Below are positions 37,073 through 47,811 of a stretch of DNA of 64,000 bases, in pieces. The notes below the pieces were generated by a model. The model was not told where the DNA came from and made no database searches. It saw only the letters and a list, made by a program, of their open reading frames with translations. The stretch lies in NCBI GenBank assembly GCA_041747675.1, contig JBGTES010000024.1, positions 8,426 to 72,425 on the forward strand, read 5' to 3'. The DNA comes from Flavobacteriales bacterium (lineage in GTDB: Bacteria > Bacteroidota > Bacteroidia > Flavobacteriales_F > PHOS-HE28). The position numbers and the translations under genes were made by a program. Position 1 is the stretch's first letter. Every line of letters begins with the position of its first letter.

Positions 37073-37582
37073 ATGGACCTCGCCTTCGCAGCGCTGCTGA
37101 GCGATGATGATGTGCAGGTGCTCGAAGCCCTGACCCGCATCGGGGAGAAAGGTGATGCACGCGCCATCCCACATCTGCTGAAAGCCCTCGTGCAGGCACG
37201 TGAGGAGAGCGTGCGGCAGCGCATCACCGCCCTGCTCAATGAGGTAAAGACCGAAGGTGCGATCGTGGAATTGATGGCCGCGCTGGAGGATCCGGCATTT
37301 GCCACCATTCGTCCGGTGATCCTTGGCGTCTTCTGGAATGCGGGTCTGGACGTACGCGAACACCTGGACCGTTTCGTTGACATCGCGATCACTGGCAATG
37401 CGCAGGAATGTTTCGAATGCCTGACGGTGATCGAACATCAGGAGATCTGGCCGGAGAAGGCCGCACGTCTCGCCGCAGCAAGGGTGCGCAAAGCCCAACC
37501 CGCAGAGACCGATGCTTACAAGGCCGCCATGCTGCGCGATCTGGCCACCGTTCTGGAGGAACGACTCGGCATGACGCTGTGA
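37073..37582 (+). CDS. HEAT-repeat protein
   Basis: Repeated AIPHLLKAL / AIVELMAAL HEAT-like helices. Alternative start 37037 overlaps the M14 stop. Confidence 0.55.
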   Translation: MDLAFAALLSDDDVQVLEALTRIGEKGDARAIPHLLKALVQAREESVRQRITALLNEVKTEGAIVELMAALEDPAFATIRPVILGVFWNAGLDVREHLDRFVDIAITGNAQECFECLTVIEHQEIWPEKAARLAAARVRKAQPAETDAYKAAMLRDLATVLEERLGMTL

Positions 37583-37704
37583 TGGGCGGCACGTGGCTCA
37601 TGCCCAGGACAATGGGCATTCCCTGCCCGGATCAAGATCAGATCCAGGTGCGCCATCGTTCTGGATACCTCACCGGCTGCGTAGTTGAACGATGTAATAC
37701 CCGC

Positions 37705-37743
37705 TTAAAAGCGAAAGCCCCACCCGGATCTCCGGGCGGGGCC
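37705..37743 (-). terminator. Rho-independent terminator for the convergent LTD gene
   Basis: GC hairpin GCCCCACCCGG-ATCTC-CGGGCGGGGC (one mismatch), followed on the minus strand by a T-rich run (TTTCGCTTTTAA). Confidence 0.55.
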
Positions 37744-37772
37744 TTCATGCTTGGCGCAGTGGGGCGCGACGA

Positions 37773-40763
37773 TCAGCGTTGGATCACCAGGCGGCGGGTC
37801 TCACGTACGTCACCGGCGGTGATGGTCGCCAGGTAAGTGCCTGCAGCGATCCCATCGAGGCTCAACATGGTGTAGAGGTGTCCGCCTTGTGTGGCGACTT
37901 CACGTGCCAGGATACGTTTGCCGCTGAGGTCGTAGATGTCCACCGAAACGGTCTCCACATCGGCCGCCACCCGATCCAGCGAGAGCCAGATCTGGTCGCC
38001 GTTGTTGGGGTTGGGCCACAGGACCAGGTTCGCACCGACCTCATCAAGGACCATGTTCTCCTGGCCGGGCGCGGCGACGTCTGCGATGGTCACCTGGCAT
38101 GTCCAACCCCAGTCGCACCAGGTGGTACCCTTGCGGGCACGCACCAATACATCATACTGCTGACCCGGGGTGAGTGCGGGACCGGCACTGATGGGCCAGT
38201 TCAGGTGGCGTTGCACATTGTTGGAGAAGCGGCTGAAGTCGAGGCCCTCATTGTCATTAAGGAACCTGAATTCATACTCATTGGCACCCGCCACCGAACG
38301 TGCATGGATCCGGTTGGCCGCACTGTTGGGCCCGCCGAAGGTGCGCTGCACACCGCAGCTGAAGTTCGGATGTCCGGGAATGTCCTGCAGACCGGTGGGC
38401 GGGCAGGCCGCAAGCGCGTCATCCAGCACCACCTGGCAGGCTGGACCGAAATCTTGATCATCAGCCAGGGGGGCACCGTTCACCACGCCACGGATGCGCA
38501 CATTGTAGAGGGTGTTCTGCTGCAGGTGGTTGGCCGCCGCCCAGTTGTTGAGCTGGATGTGGCAGGCGCGGGTGGCGCCCACATCGCCAAATCCGTCACT
38601 CACCGCGTGGCTGCGCAGCTTGCGGAAGTTCAGCCCGCCGTTGGGGTCGAAGAACCAGAACTCGTAGCCGCTGTTGGCGCGCAGTGGATCACCGGGAAGA
38701 GTCGTGTTCCACACATTGGTGACCGCAGCATTCTCCGAGGCCACCAGGAAGTTGCCGCTCTGCCACCAGTTGCGATCGCAGCTGGTATAGATCGGTCCAT
38801 CGTTGCCCGTGGGGATGCAGAAGCCATCGTTGTTGCTGATCCCACTGCCGGCCATGGCGCCTAATGTGAGGTTGCCCGTGTTGTCGATCAGGCGCTGGTT
38901 ACCGTATGCACCCACGCTCTCGGCGGTGAGCAGGCGGTAGCCGCCATCGATCAGGTTGCCGGCGCTGTTGGTCACGCGCAGGTAGAAGCAGCCATCGGGA
39001 AGACAAAGGGGCACGCTGCCCTCACCGGGGTTGATGCCTCCACTGGCCACCACCGCATCATCGGTCTGGTCGTAAATGGTCCATACCAGATCTTGATAAT
39101 TGGTGGTCTCGTCGTAAGCGAAGAACAGGTCGGTGGTGCAGGGGGCGCCGATGACGGAGCAGGCGGTGATCACATCGTTGCCACCGATGTCAGTGATCGT
39201 GGCGGTGAAGCCCTCTTCGCAGGCGCAGGTGATCACGTCGAAGTTGGGGATACCATCCACGGCCAGGGGGCAAGGGTCGATGCAGTTGGGGACACCGTCA
39301 CCATCATCATCCGGGGCATCGTCATTACTGAAGCCCGGGGTGGCGCACCAAACCTTCCAATCGGCGTTGTTATCGTCCGTGTCGGTGCCATTTGGTACAC
39401 GTGCGATCACCTTGCCAACAGTGCTGTTGTCATCAGCACCAGTGAAGCCGTTCCCTTCAATGTATGGAGCACCACTATTACCTTCATAGCTCACCGCATC
39501 GATCATGGTGTTGTTGGCAGCACGTAGCCCGATGGCATCCGGAGCTCCGTTCTGGATCAGGTTGGGGGTTGGGGTGACCACGAGGTCCACTGCGGCATTG
39601 CCTGCGTTGTTGCCGATCACATAGTAGCCCCCGGCGGGCAGGATCACAGCAGGAAGCACGATCGTGTTATACAAGACGGCGCCGCCTCCGGCCCCATTGA
39701 CCAATTCCAGGAAAACGCCATTGAGATCCACGTCTTCCGTCCCGAAGTTGTAGAGCTCGATCCACTCATCATCATCGGTACCCGGATTGTCATAATCCAC
39801 TTCATTGATCACGAGCGTGGGAAGGGGCGGCGGCGGGTCACAGTCCGGCGCGCCACCAAAAATGTTCAGGGCATCACAAGGTGTGGTGAAGGTCACATCA
39901 AAGTCGTCCGTTTCATTGATGCCACTGATCACGATCGTGCCATCGCTGACCAGGGCGGGGTCGTCGCCCCCCACGGTGCCTGAACCGCTGTTGTTCACCA
40001 GGGTGATGCCAGCCTCGATGCCGGTATAGGGAATGCTCAGGTCATAGGTGTCACCATCACCTGCTGTGATGCTGTTGCAAACCGCCACAGGTGTACCCAC
40101 TGAGATGCCGCATGAAGGCCCGCCGTCAGGTGCCACGGAACCACCGATCGCCAGGTCGTTGCCTGCCAGGCGGCCTATGGCGAATGTTCCGCCGGTGGCA
40201 GAGGCGCCCCACCCGAAGAGCCGGAAGGTGATGGTGGTGGTGGATGGAACGTTCTGCAATGCAGGCAGCGAGCTCAGGTCGATCTGGGCTTGCGCCACAC
40301 CGTTGCTTGCTGTGGAAGTAAAGCTGATCTCCGGACCAACATCCACCCCGGCCGAAGCGAAGCCATTGAGGCTGTACTGCCATTGGAAGGCATTGGGACC
40401 GGTACTGGAGCGGCGGAAGTTCGCATCCAGTGTGCTGAGCGAGACGAGTGATCCGGGGTTCGCAGTGATGGAGAACTCCAGATACTTGTTGCCACTTTGT
40501 GCGCCAACGAGGCCCGTGTTCAGGAAGTTGGAAGAACTGAATGCATTGGCCAGAGCCGATGCAGTAAGTCCCGCGCCGCGTGATAGCACGCCAACGGTCA
40601 GGTCGGGATCCGCAGTGGTGGCGGCCACAGTGGCTTCGTTGCCTGCCAGGCCGGCGGTCTCCCATGCGGCCACTTGCGCACTACCCACGATGGTGGTCAG
40701 GAACAGGGAACAGGACAGAAAAGCACGCGCCCAGCCCGGGCGGGAGATGTATTTGATGTTCAT
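37773..40763 (-). CDS. lamin-tail-domain (LTD) containing T9SS cargo protein
   Basis: ATG 40763 gives MNIKYISRPGWARAFLSCSLFLTTIVGSAQ signal. LTD signature VINEVDYDNPGTDDDEWIELYNFG. C-terminal T9SS sorting domain LVLWPNPNNGDQIWL...RLVIQR. Confidence 0.8.
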   Translation of the reverse strand: MNIKYISRPGWARAFLSCSLFLTTIVGSAQVAAWETAGLAGNEATVAATTADPDLTVGVLSRGAGLTASALANAFSSSNFLNTGLVGAQSGNKYLEFSITANPGSLVSLSTLDANFRRSSTGPNAFQWQYSLNGFASAGVDVGPEISFTSTASNGVAQAQIDLSSLPALQNVPSTTTITFRLFGWGASATGGTFAIGRLAGNDLAIGGSVAPDGGPSCGISVGTPVAVCNSITAGDGDTYDLSIPYTGIEAGITLVNNSGSGTVGGDDPALVSDGTIVISGINETDDFDVTFTTPCDALNIFGGAPDCDPPPPLPTLVINEVDYDNPGTDDDEWIELYNFGTEDVDLNGVFLELVNGAGGGAVLYNTIVLPAVILPAGGYYVIGNNAGNAAVDLVVTPTPNLIQNGAPDAIGLRAANNTMIDAVSYEGNSGAPYIEGNGFTGADDNSTVGKVIARVPNGTDTDDNNADWKVWCATPGFSNDDAPDDDGDGVPNCIDPCPLAVDGIPNFDVITCACEEGFTATITDIGGNDVITACSVIGAPCTTDLFFAYDETTNYQDLVWTIYDQTDDAVVASGGINPGEGSVPLCLPDGCFYLRVTNSAGNLIDGGYRLLTAESVGAYGNQRLIDNTGNLTLGAMAGSGISNNDGFCIPTGNDGPIYTSCDRNWWQSGNFLVASENAAVTNVWNTTLPGDPLRANSGYEFWFFDPNGGLNFRKLRSHAVSDGFGDVGATRACHIQLNNWAAANHLQQNTLYNVRIRGVVNGAPLADDQDFGPACQVVLDDALAACPPTGLQDIPGHPNFSCGVQRTFGGPNSAANRIHARSVAGANEYEFRFLNDNEGLDFSRFSNNVQRHLNWPISAGPALTPGQQYDVLVRARKGTTWCDWGWTCQVTIADVAAPGQENMVLDEVGANLVLWPNPNNGDQIWLSLDRVAADVETVSVDIYDLSGKRILAREVATQGGHLYTMLSLDGIAAGTYLATITAGDVRETRRLVIQR

Positions 40764-40999
40764 GGTATTGTTGGTATTGATGAGGGAACGACCCTGTGTT
40801 CCGGTGCGGGGGCAAAGTTGCCCGCAATGCGTTGGGGCCCCTGTTGCCAGCATGTGAACATTACATGGTCATTCAGGGAAAAAGCCGATGGTCCTGCTCA
40901 CGGTGGATCGATCGGGCTCGTTACCGATCGATATATCGCCATACGATCGTAGCCTTTCACCGCCCTCCGGTGTCCCATGCGCACCATCATCCCCCCAAC

Positions 41000-41482
41000 A
41001 TGGAAAAGACATTGGAGAGCACGTCGTTGATCCGCTTCCCGGACTGCGACCCTTTCAACCACCTGAACAACGCGTGCTACCTGGACTACTTCATCAACGC
41101 GCGGGAAGACCACCTGATGAAGGAACTGGGCTTCAACATTCATGCGTACGCCAAGGAGAGCGGCACAAGTTGGTTGGTGGGCATCAACCGCATCGCCTAC
41201 CTGCGTCCGGCCATGCTGATGGAGACCGTGGCGATCGACAGCACCATCATCGCCTGGCGCGAACGCGAGATCCTGCTGGAGATGCGCATGTGGGACCGTG
41301 GGAAGATCACGCTGAAGGCCCTGCTCTGGTCCACCTTCGTGCATGTGGACATGCGCACGGGCAAGGCCATCGCACACAATGACGACCTGACCGCACGTTT
41401 CAAGCCATTGGAGGCGCCACTTCCCGATCCCGCCACCACCTTCGAGGATCGCATCGCGCAGTTGCGCAGCGGTACGAACTAA
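41000..41482 (+). CDS. acyl-CoA thioesterase (hotdog fold, 4HBT/YbgC-like)
   Basis: DCDPFNHLNNACYLDYF matches the 4HBT active-site region. Track ORF starts at 40796 but the internal ATG 41000 (MEKTLEST...) fits. Confidence 0.75.
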   Translation: MEKTLESTSLIRFPDCDPFNHLNNACYLDYFINAREDHLMKELGFNIHAYAKESGTSWLVGINRIAYLRPAMLMETVAIDSTIIAWREREILLEMRMWDRGKITLKALLWSTFVHVDMRTGKAIAHNDDLTARFKPLEAPLPDPATTFEDRIAQLRSGTN

Positions 41483-43668
41483 TCTTCGGGCAGCGGAAGT
41501 CCCGTATCGAAGAATCCCTCAGGGAAGCCCTTGTTGGCTTCGATGCGTTCCGCGATGAGCGAGGTACGGCCATGCACACCCCCGCGCTGTTCGATGCGAT
41601 GCGGGAACAGTACGCCCATCACGGGTCGGTGATCCAGAAGATCCGTAGTGATGGTGAGGCCGCGGCCATGCATGAATTTCTGGTCCACGCGACGCAGGCG
41701 CATGCCACTTGCCACATCGAAATAGTCGGACCAGGTGGTTCCTGCGCGGGTCTTGACCTGCAGCTTGTATACCTGGCGACCAAGCAGGGTGGTACGGCCG
41801 CTAACGTTCATGCGCTCCGCTACACGGACCATGTCCAACTCGGGCACAGGTGCTGCGGTAAGGCCCGGATCGCGCAGGTCGATGTCAAAGAGTTCCTCCA
41901 CCTCACCCACGGAGCGGCGTACGGCGCGTTCTCCATCATGGATAAGCTCCTCGATCAATTGGCCATCGGCGATCAACTGCCAGCGATAGCGGCCCCGCGT
42001 GGCGAACCATTCACGCACCTGTATCGGCCTGCCATCCATGCTGCCGTTCCATGCGATGTGCAGATCGTCGATGCGCTCCGCCTTGGATCGCCCGCCAATG
42101 GCTTCCAGATATGCTGCGATGACCGAGTCCGGTGTAACATCGGGAGCCCGGGATAACACCTCCTTCACCGGCTCGCCATGCACATCGATCTGTACGATCG
42201 GATCGCGCACCTCCGCGGCGATGCGTTCCAGCCCGTCGCGCACCACCTCAAGATCACCCACCACCAACACATATGCGCCATCCGGCCGCAGGAACGCTTC
42301 CGCAGCCCCATGCACCTCGGATCGGCCCACGGCCGCAAGGCGTTGCAGGTATGTCTCGTAGTGATCCGGTGGAAGGCCATTGAGCTGTAGGTTGAGCGCG
42401 AAACGCGCCACAGTGCGTGGATCCTCCAGACTGCGGCCGAAGCCACCAGCGATGGTGCTGCGCGCCAACTCGACCTCCTCTGCCGAGACCATCTCGGAAC
42501 GCATGCGTCCCAACTCGTTCAGGATCTCGGCCACGGCGCTATCGGTCACTTCGGTGCGCACGCTTACCGACACTACGAAGTGCGCATTGTGACGATCGGG
42601 ATCGAGGCTGGAATAGATGCCATAGGTCCAGCCCTTGTCCTCGCGCAGGTTCTGCTGGAGGCGTGTGTTGAACGCCGCGCCCCCCATGATGGTGTTCATG
42701 ACCCGGGTGTCGAGCACACGGAGATCATTGGGCTTGAGATTGACGGGATAGCCCACCCGGATCACCGATTGACTGGCACCGGGCCGGTCCACCACGAAGA
42801 TCTTACGGCTCTCTCCCGGAGTGCGTGTGCGTCCCATCGGACGCACCTTGCCCAGTCCGGGCACCTCTTCGGCCTGGGTCTTGTCACCACCACCTTTCGA
42901 GAGCGGCGTGGCCTTCCACTTGCCGAAATGCTCCTTGGCCAGTGTGCGTGCCTCCTTCTCGGTGATGTCCCCCACGAACACCAGGTAGCCCGTCTCCGGC
43001 CGGTAGAAGCGTGCATGCCAGGCCCTGGCATCCGCAGCTTCGAGTCGCCCCAACGCGGCATCCGTGACCACTTCACCATAGGGATGTGCTTTCCCGAAGA
43101 TCGCTGCGCGCGTGACGGTCTCGGCGATGGCCTCCGGATCGCTGTCCCGCTGTTTCACGGCGGAAGCCAGGCGTTGCTGTGCCTGCTTGAACTCATCCTC
43201 GGGGAATGTGGGAGAAATGACCACCTCCCGGACCAGGGCCAGCAACCCGGACACATGCTCCTTCAGGCACGCGGCATAGACCCCTTCACTGGAAGTCTGG
43301 AAGGTGGCACCCATCGCGTCGATGGCGTCATCGATGGCCGCCTTGTCGCGCTTTTCCGTGCCGCTCGCAAGGGTCTCTCCCACCAGGTCCGGCAGACCGG
43401 CCCTGTCCTCCAGCAGTACAGGTGCCATATCGGCATGGAACTGCACGCCGACCAGGGGTAACTTGGTATTTTCCACAACGATCACGCGCAGCCCGTTGGA
43501 CAGGGTGAAGGTGCTGTGTTCGCCCACATGCACTTCGGGGGGAGGCCCGGGAGCGGGCGGGAGGCTACGGTCGGTCTGTGCGTTCATCGAAAGTGATGCG
43601 AGTGCGCCGCAGGTAATGGCCAGTGCCACGGCAGGAGTGGTAAAGGTGAAGTACGGATGGCTTGTCAT
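41479..43668 (-). CDS. M16 family peptidase-like protein (lacks HxxEH; probable non-catalytic partner)
   Basis: Signal MTSHPYFTFTTPAVALAITCGALASLS. Two M16 fold halves and no inverted zincin motif. Confidence 0.75.
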   Translation of the reverse strand: MTSHPYFTFTTPAVALAITCGALASLSMNAQTDRSLPPAPGPPPEVHVGEHSTFTLSNGLRVIVVENTKLPLVGVQFHADMAPVLLEDRAGLPDLVGETLASGTEKRDKAAIDDAIDAMGATFQTSSEGVYAACLKEHVSGLLALVREVVISPTFPEDEFKQAQQRLASAVKQRDSDPEAIAETVTRAAIFGKAHPYGEVVTDAALGRLEAADARAWHARFYRPETGYLVFVGDITEKEARTLAKEHFGKWKATPLSKGGGDKTQAEEVPGLGKVRPMGRTRTPGESRKIFVVDRPGASQSVIRVGYPVNLKPNDLRVLDTRVMNTIMGGAAFNTRLQQNLREDKGWTYGIYSSLDPDRHNAHFVVSVSVRTEVTDSAVAEILNELGRMRSEMVSAEEVELARSTIAGGFGRSLEDPRTVARFALNLQLNGLPPDHYETYLQRLAAVGRSEVHGAAEAFLRPDGAYVLVVGDLEVVRDGLERIAAEVRDPIVQIDVHGEPVKEVLSRAPDVTPDSVIAAYLEAIGGRSKAERIDDLHIAWNGSMDGRPIQVREWFATRGRYRWQLIADGQLIEELIHDGERAVRRSVGEVEELFDIDLRDPGLTAAPVPELDMVRVAERMNVSGRTTLLGRQVYKLQVKTRAGTTWSDYFDVASGMRLRRVDQKFMHGRGLTITTDLLDHRPVMGVLFPHRIEQRGGVHGRTSLIAERIEANKGFPEGFFDTGLPLPED

Positions 43669-45002
43669 GATCGGGCAGTGCTGTTGGGTAGGTAGTGAAG
43701 CACGACACGCCGTGTGGGATCGAACCAGGACCCCGCCGCAGCACGAACATCCTCGGCGCTCACAACGAGTGAACGGCGCAGATCGTCGCGCACCCAGCTG
43801 GCGCCTCCCATGAGCGTATGCGCAGTGGCGAGTTGGTGTGCGATGCCGGCCACGCGCGTGAGTTCCATCACGGAGGCGGTCTTCAACTGTGCGCGCACAC
43901 GATCCATCTCGCCAGGGGAGATGGTCTCCTGTCGCACCCGGTCCACTTCCTCATCCATGGCGCGACCCAATACATCCGGCGCCACACCTGCGTTGGCGAT
44001 GGCGAAAAGCACTGCGATGCCGCCCTGCTCGAACGGCAGCGTGAAGGCCCCCACCTGCACAGCCAGGCCATGGCGATCCTTCAGGGCACGTTGCAGCCGC
44101 GCGGAGTTGCCCGCCGACAGCGCCCGGGAGACAAGGTCCACTGCCGGGAATCCCGCGTCGGTGGCAGGCGGAATGCGATAGGCATGCACCACGGCCGGCA
44201 ATTCGATCTGATCGAGCACCACATCGCGCACCTCACCATCGATCGTGGCGAAAGGCATGGGGGGATGGGCCACCGTGGCACCCCTTGGGATCGATCCAAA
44301 ATAGCGGTGCACAAGGTCCATGGTCCCCTTCGGGTCCAGATCACCGGCCACCACCAACACGGCATTGTTGGGGACATAGTAGCGCTCATAGAAGGCCCGG
44401 TAGTCCTCCTCACCCGCCGCTGCCAGGTCTTCCATATGGCCGATCACCGGCCATTGGTATGGATGGTCGGAATAAGCGCGGCGCAACACCTCGGGCAGGA
44501 TGCTGCCATAGGGCCGGTTCTGGTAGTTCTGCCGCCACTCTTCCTTCACCACTTCGCGCTGTGTATCCACCCCCTTCTGATCCACACGTGCATGCAACAT
44601 GCGCTCGCTCTCCAGCCACAGACCCAGTGCCAGTTGGTTGCTGGGCAGCAGCTCATAATAATAGGTGCGATCGCAACTGGTGTTGGCATTCAGCTGACCA
44701 CCTGCGCGCTCCACATGGCGGCTGAATTCGCCCCTCCCGATATGTTTGGACCCTTCGAAGAGCAGGTGCTCGAAGAAATGCGCGAAACCACGGCGATGCG
44801 GTTCGTCGTTCTTGCTGCCCACATGGTACATCACCCCCACCGCAACGATCGGAGTACTGCGGTCCTGGTGCAGGATCACATGCAAGCCGTTCTCAAGCGT
44901 GTACTCCTCGAAAGCGATCTCCGGAAGGTCCCCATAGCGCGAAGTGTCCTGCGCACCGGCGGATTGATGCACAACATTGGAGTGGAGGGGATGACGTGCC
45001 AT
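43665..45002 (-). CDS. M16 family zinc peptidase (pitrilysin-like, catalytic)
   Basis: HFFEHLLFEGS inverted zincin motif. Start uncertain: the track start 45089 overlaps the divergent alkB-like gene. ATG 45002 chosen. Confidence 0.8.
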   Translation of the reverse strand: MARHPLHSNVVHQSAGAQDTSRYGDLPEIAFEEYTLENGLHVILHQDRSTPIVAVGVMYHVGSKNDEPHRRGFAHFFEHLLFEGSKHIGRGEFSRHVERAGGQLNANTSCDRTYYYELLPSNQLALGLWLESERMLHARVDQKGVDTQREVVKEEWRQNYQNRPYGSILPEVLRRAYSDHPYQWPVIGHMEDLAAAGEEDYRAFYERYYVPNNAVLVVAGDLDPKGTMDLVHRYFGSIPRGATVAHPPMPFATIDGEVRDVVLDQIELPAVVHAYRIPPATDAGFPAVDLVSRALSAGNSARLQRALKDRHGLAVQVGAFTLPFEQGGIAVLFAIANAGVAPDVLGRAMDEEVDRVRQETISPGEMDRVRAQLKTASVMELTRVAGIAHQLATAHTLMGGASWVRDDLRRSLVVSAEDVRAAAGSWFDPTRRVVLHYLPNSTARS

Positions 45003-45054
45003 GCGGAGCGGCCAATTTAAGCGGAAGCCCGTGGTGCGGTGATAACTTTGAAGC

Positions 45055-46170
45055 ATGCCCGCCTCAGTGGTCCCTGTGCGCCCCGCCACCCGCCGCCGAA
45101 TACGATCGCGCGCCCTGCGCTACGCCGCGACCTTCACTGCTCCGCTGCTGGCGCTCGCGGCCTTCACGTGGGGCGGCTTGTGGAGTTGGACCCTGCCGGT
45201 CTATGCCTTCATGATGATCCCGCTGATAGAGCTCTTCCTGCCCACGGGGCACATCGCGATCAGCGAGGAGGAGGAACGCGCCGCGCTGGAAGATCCGCTT
45301 TTCGACCTGATGCTTTATGCTGTGGTCCCTGTGCAATGGGCCTTGCTCCTGTTGTTCCTGATGACCATTGACGATCCGGGCATCCCCGGATGGGAAGTTG
45401 CCGGACGCATCTCTTCGATGGGCCTGCTTTGCGGCATCTATGGCATCAATGTGGCCCACGAACTGGGGCACCGCGCCAGGCGCTGGGAACGCGGCCTCGC
45501 GCGTGCACTGCTGCTCACAAGCCTGTACATGCACTTCATCATAGAGCACAACCGCGGCCACCACCGCCGTGTGGCCACTGCGGATGATCCCGCCTCCGCA
45601 CGTTATGGCGAGACGGTCTTCGCCTTCTGGGCACGCAGCATCGTGTACAGCTTCCTCAGTGCCTGGCACATCGAGGCCGACAGGCTGCGTAAGTCAGGCG
45701 GATCATCCTACGGGGCAGGGAATGAAATGATCCATGCCATACTCTGGCAGGGCGCATTGCTGGCGGTGATCACGCTCGTCTGGGGACCGTTCACCCTGCT
45801 GGCCTTCGTGGCTGCGGCGGTCATTGGCATCCTGCTGCTGGAAACGGTGAACTACATCGAGCATTACGGCCTGCGGCGTTCGCGCACCCCGGGAGGTGGC
45901 CATGTGCGCGTGATGCACCACCACTCCTGGAACAGCGATCACTTATTGGGCCGGTTGATGCTCTTCGAACTCTCGCGCCACAGCGACCACCACTGGAAGG
46001 CGAGCCGCAAGTATCAGGTCCTGCGCAGTCATGCGGGCGCACCACAGATGCCCACGGGCTACCCTGGCATGATGGTGCTTTGTCTGGTGCCACCGCTGTT
46101 CTTCCGTGTGATGCATCCCCGTCTGCACAAACTCGCTGCGGACCACGCGCACCTGGAACTGGCGGCTTGA
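45055..46170 (+). CDS. alkane 1-monooxygenase / membrane fatty-acid desaturase family (AlkB-like) protein
   Basis: Histidine boxes HELGH, EHNRGHH, and the HxxHH region VMHHHSWNSDH...SRHSDHH. Multiple TM segments. Confidence 0.8.
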   Translation: MPASVVPVRPATRRRIRSRALRYAATFTAPLLALAAFTWGGLWSWTLPVYAFMMIPLIELFLPTGHIAISEEEERAALEDPLFDLMLYAVVPVQWALLLLFLMTIDDPGIPGWEVAGRISSMGLLCGIYGINVAHELGHRARRWERGLARALLLTSLYMHFIIEHNRGHHRRVATADDPASARYGETVFAFWARSIVYSFLSAWHIEADRLRKSGGSSYGAGNEMIHAILWQGALLAVITLVWGPFTLLAFVAAAVIGILLLETVNYIEHYGLRRSRTPGGGHVRVMHHHSWNSDHLLGRLMLFELSRHSDHHWKASRKYQVLRSHAGAPQMPTGYPGMMVLCLVPPLFFRVMHPRLHKLAADHAHLELAA

Positions 46171-46192
46171 GGCGATCACGCGGATTACTTTC

Positions 46193-47767
46193 GTGCCGCG
46201 CCGGGCCGCTCCGATGCCCATCCCGCGAACTCATTTGAAGACCGAGGCCGATCTTACACAGGAGCGATCCCTGAGTCCCGGGGTGCGTTCATTGTTACAC
46301 GCATTGCAAGGCTCTTTCGAAGCGGGTCGACAGGCGCTACTGCGCGTGAGGCAGGCCAGCAATATGGGCTTGAAAGAGGGTGTGATATCCTTCCGCCCTG
46401 AGACCACGGCACTACGCAAGCGCGATTGGAAGGTGGCCCCGCCCCCTGAATCCCTGCTGGAACGTCGGGTGGAGCTGATCGGTGGCGCCTCGCGGCAGGA
46501 CCTGGTCACCGGCTTGAACACCGGGGCCAGAAGCTATATCGCCGATCTGTGGGACCTGTGCGCCGGGGATGGGTGGAGCGTGTGGCGCGCCCACCGCAAC
46601 CTGGGCCGTGCGGCGCGCCTGGACCTTGCCTACCTCCCCACTGATGGGGGCCGCATACGCATCAATCCATCTTCCACCGTGCGCCTCATGGTGTCGCCAC
46701 GCCCAATGGCTGTTGAAGAAACGACCCATGCACGGGGCGCGGAAGCGGTATCCGCCACCTGCTTCGACCTGGCGCTGCTCATGACCGACTGCGCTCCGGC
46801 ACTGGTCGAACGGCTGGGCGGCATGTACCTGTATGTGCGTGATGTGCGCAGCCAGGAGGAGGCACGCTGGTGGGCCGGGCTGTTCCACGCGCTGGAGGAG
46901 CGCTTCAGCCTGCCCACCGGTACCATTCGCGCCACGGTTATGGTGGACAGCGTGCCGGGCGCGCTTCAGGCCGAGGAGATCCTCTTCGAACTGGCGCAGC
47001 ACTCGGCCGGTCTCTCCTTCGACCCGCAAGCCTATGCCGCTGACCATATCGCCCTTTTCCATGATAGGGGCCATGCAGTGATGCCGGACCGCGAATCCAT
47101 CGGACTGCAATGCTCCTTCCTGCGATCGCTGAGCCTGCACCTGATCGGGGTATGCCACCGCCGCGGCTGCCATGCCATCGGCGCCCCCTCCTTTGTACTA
47201 CCGCCGCTGGAGCCCGATCGCGTAAAGGCGGACTATCTCGCCATGTTGGCCGACAAGGAACGGGAGGCGGTCGATGGTCATGACGGTACTCTGGTGGTTC
47301 ATCCGGACACCGTGAACGCTGCGGTCATGGAATTCAACAAGAGCATGCCGCGTTCCCATCAATTGGAATTCCAACGCACGGACACGATCTCGGCCGGGGA
47401 CCTGGTATTGCCGCCCACCGGTGAGATCACCGTGGAGAGCCTGGTGGGCATGATCCGCATGGCGCTGCGTGCCCTGGTGCAACACCGCACCGGCAAGGGG
47501 CGCGTCATCCAGGGTGGTCGCCTGCACGACCGGTCCTCCTTGCGGCTCGCCCTGCGTATCCTGTGGCAGTGGCTGCATAGCGAGAAGGGGGTCGTCACCG
47601 CGACCGGTTTGGAGATCCACGCGGAACTGATCGGCTACCTGGTGCGCAAGGAATCGGGAAAGCTTTTCGTGCAGGAGCCGCCCGAGATCCAGGCATATGC
47701 AGGCGATGCGGCCGACCGCTTGCTCGCATTGATCATGGGGGATGAGGTGCCCGTGGAACCGCTATAG
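46193..47767 (+). CDS. malate synthase A-like protein
   Basis: RDWKVAPPPESLLERRVELIGGASRQDLVTGLNTGARSYIADLWD aligns with AceB [33 protein letters not shown]...FMADFED. Divergent elsewhere. Confidence 0.6.
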   Translation: MPRRAAPMPIPRTHLKTEADLTQERSLSPGVRSLLHALQGSFEAGRQALLRVRQASNMGLKEGVISFRPETTALRKRDWKVAPPPESLLERRVELIGGASRQDLVTGLNTGARSYIADLWDLCAGDGWSVWRAHRNLGRAARLDLAYLPTDGGRIRINPSSTVRLMVSPRPMAVEETTHARGAEAVSATCFDLALLMTDCAPALVERLGGMYLYVRDVRSQEEARWWAGLFHALEERFSLPTGTIRATVMVDSVPGALQAEEILFELAQHSAGLSFDPQAYAADHIALFHDRGHAVMPDRESIGLQCSFLRSLSLHLIGVCHRRGCHAIGAPSFVLPPLEPDRVKADYLAMLADKEREAVDGHDGTLVVHPDTVNAAVMEFNKSMPRSHQLEFQRTDTISAGDLVLPPTGEITVESLVGMIRMALRALVQHRTGKGRVIQGGRLHDRSSLRLALRILWQWLHSEKGVVTATGLEIHAELIGYLVRKESGKLFVQEPPEIQAYAGDAADRLLALIMGDEVPVEPL

Positions 47768-47811
47768 CGCCGGGCCTCCGACCCTATCTTGGCCCACTGT
47801 AGCCGCCCCGC

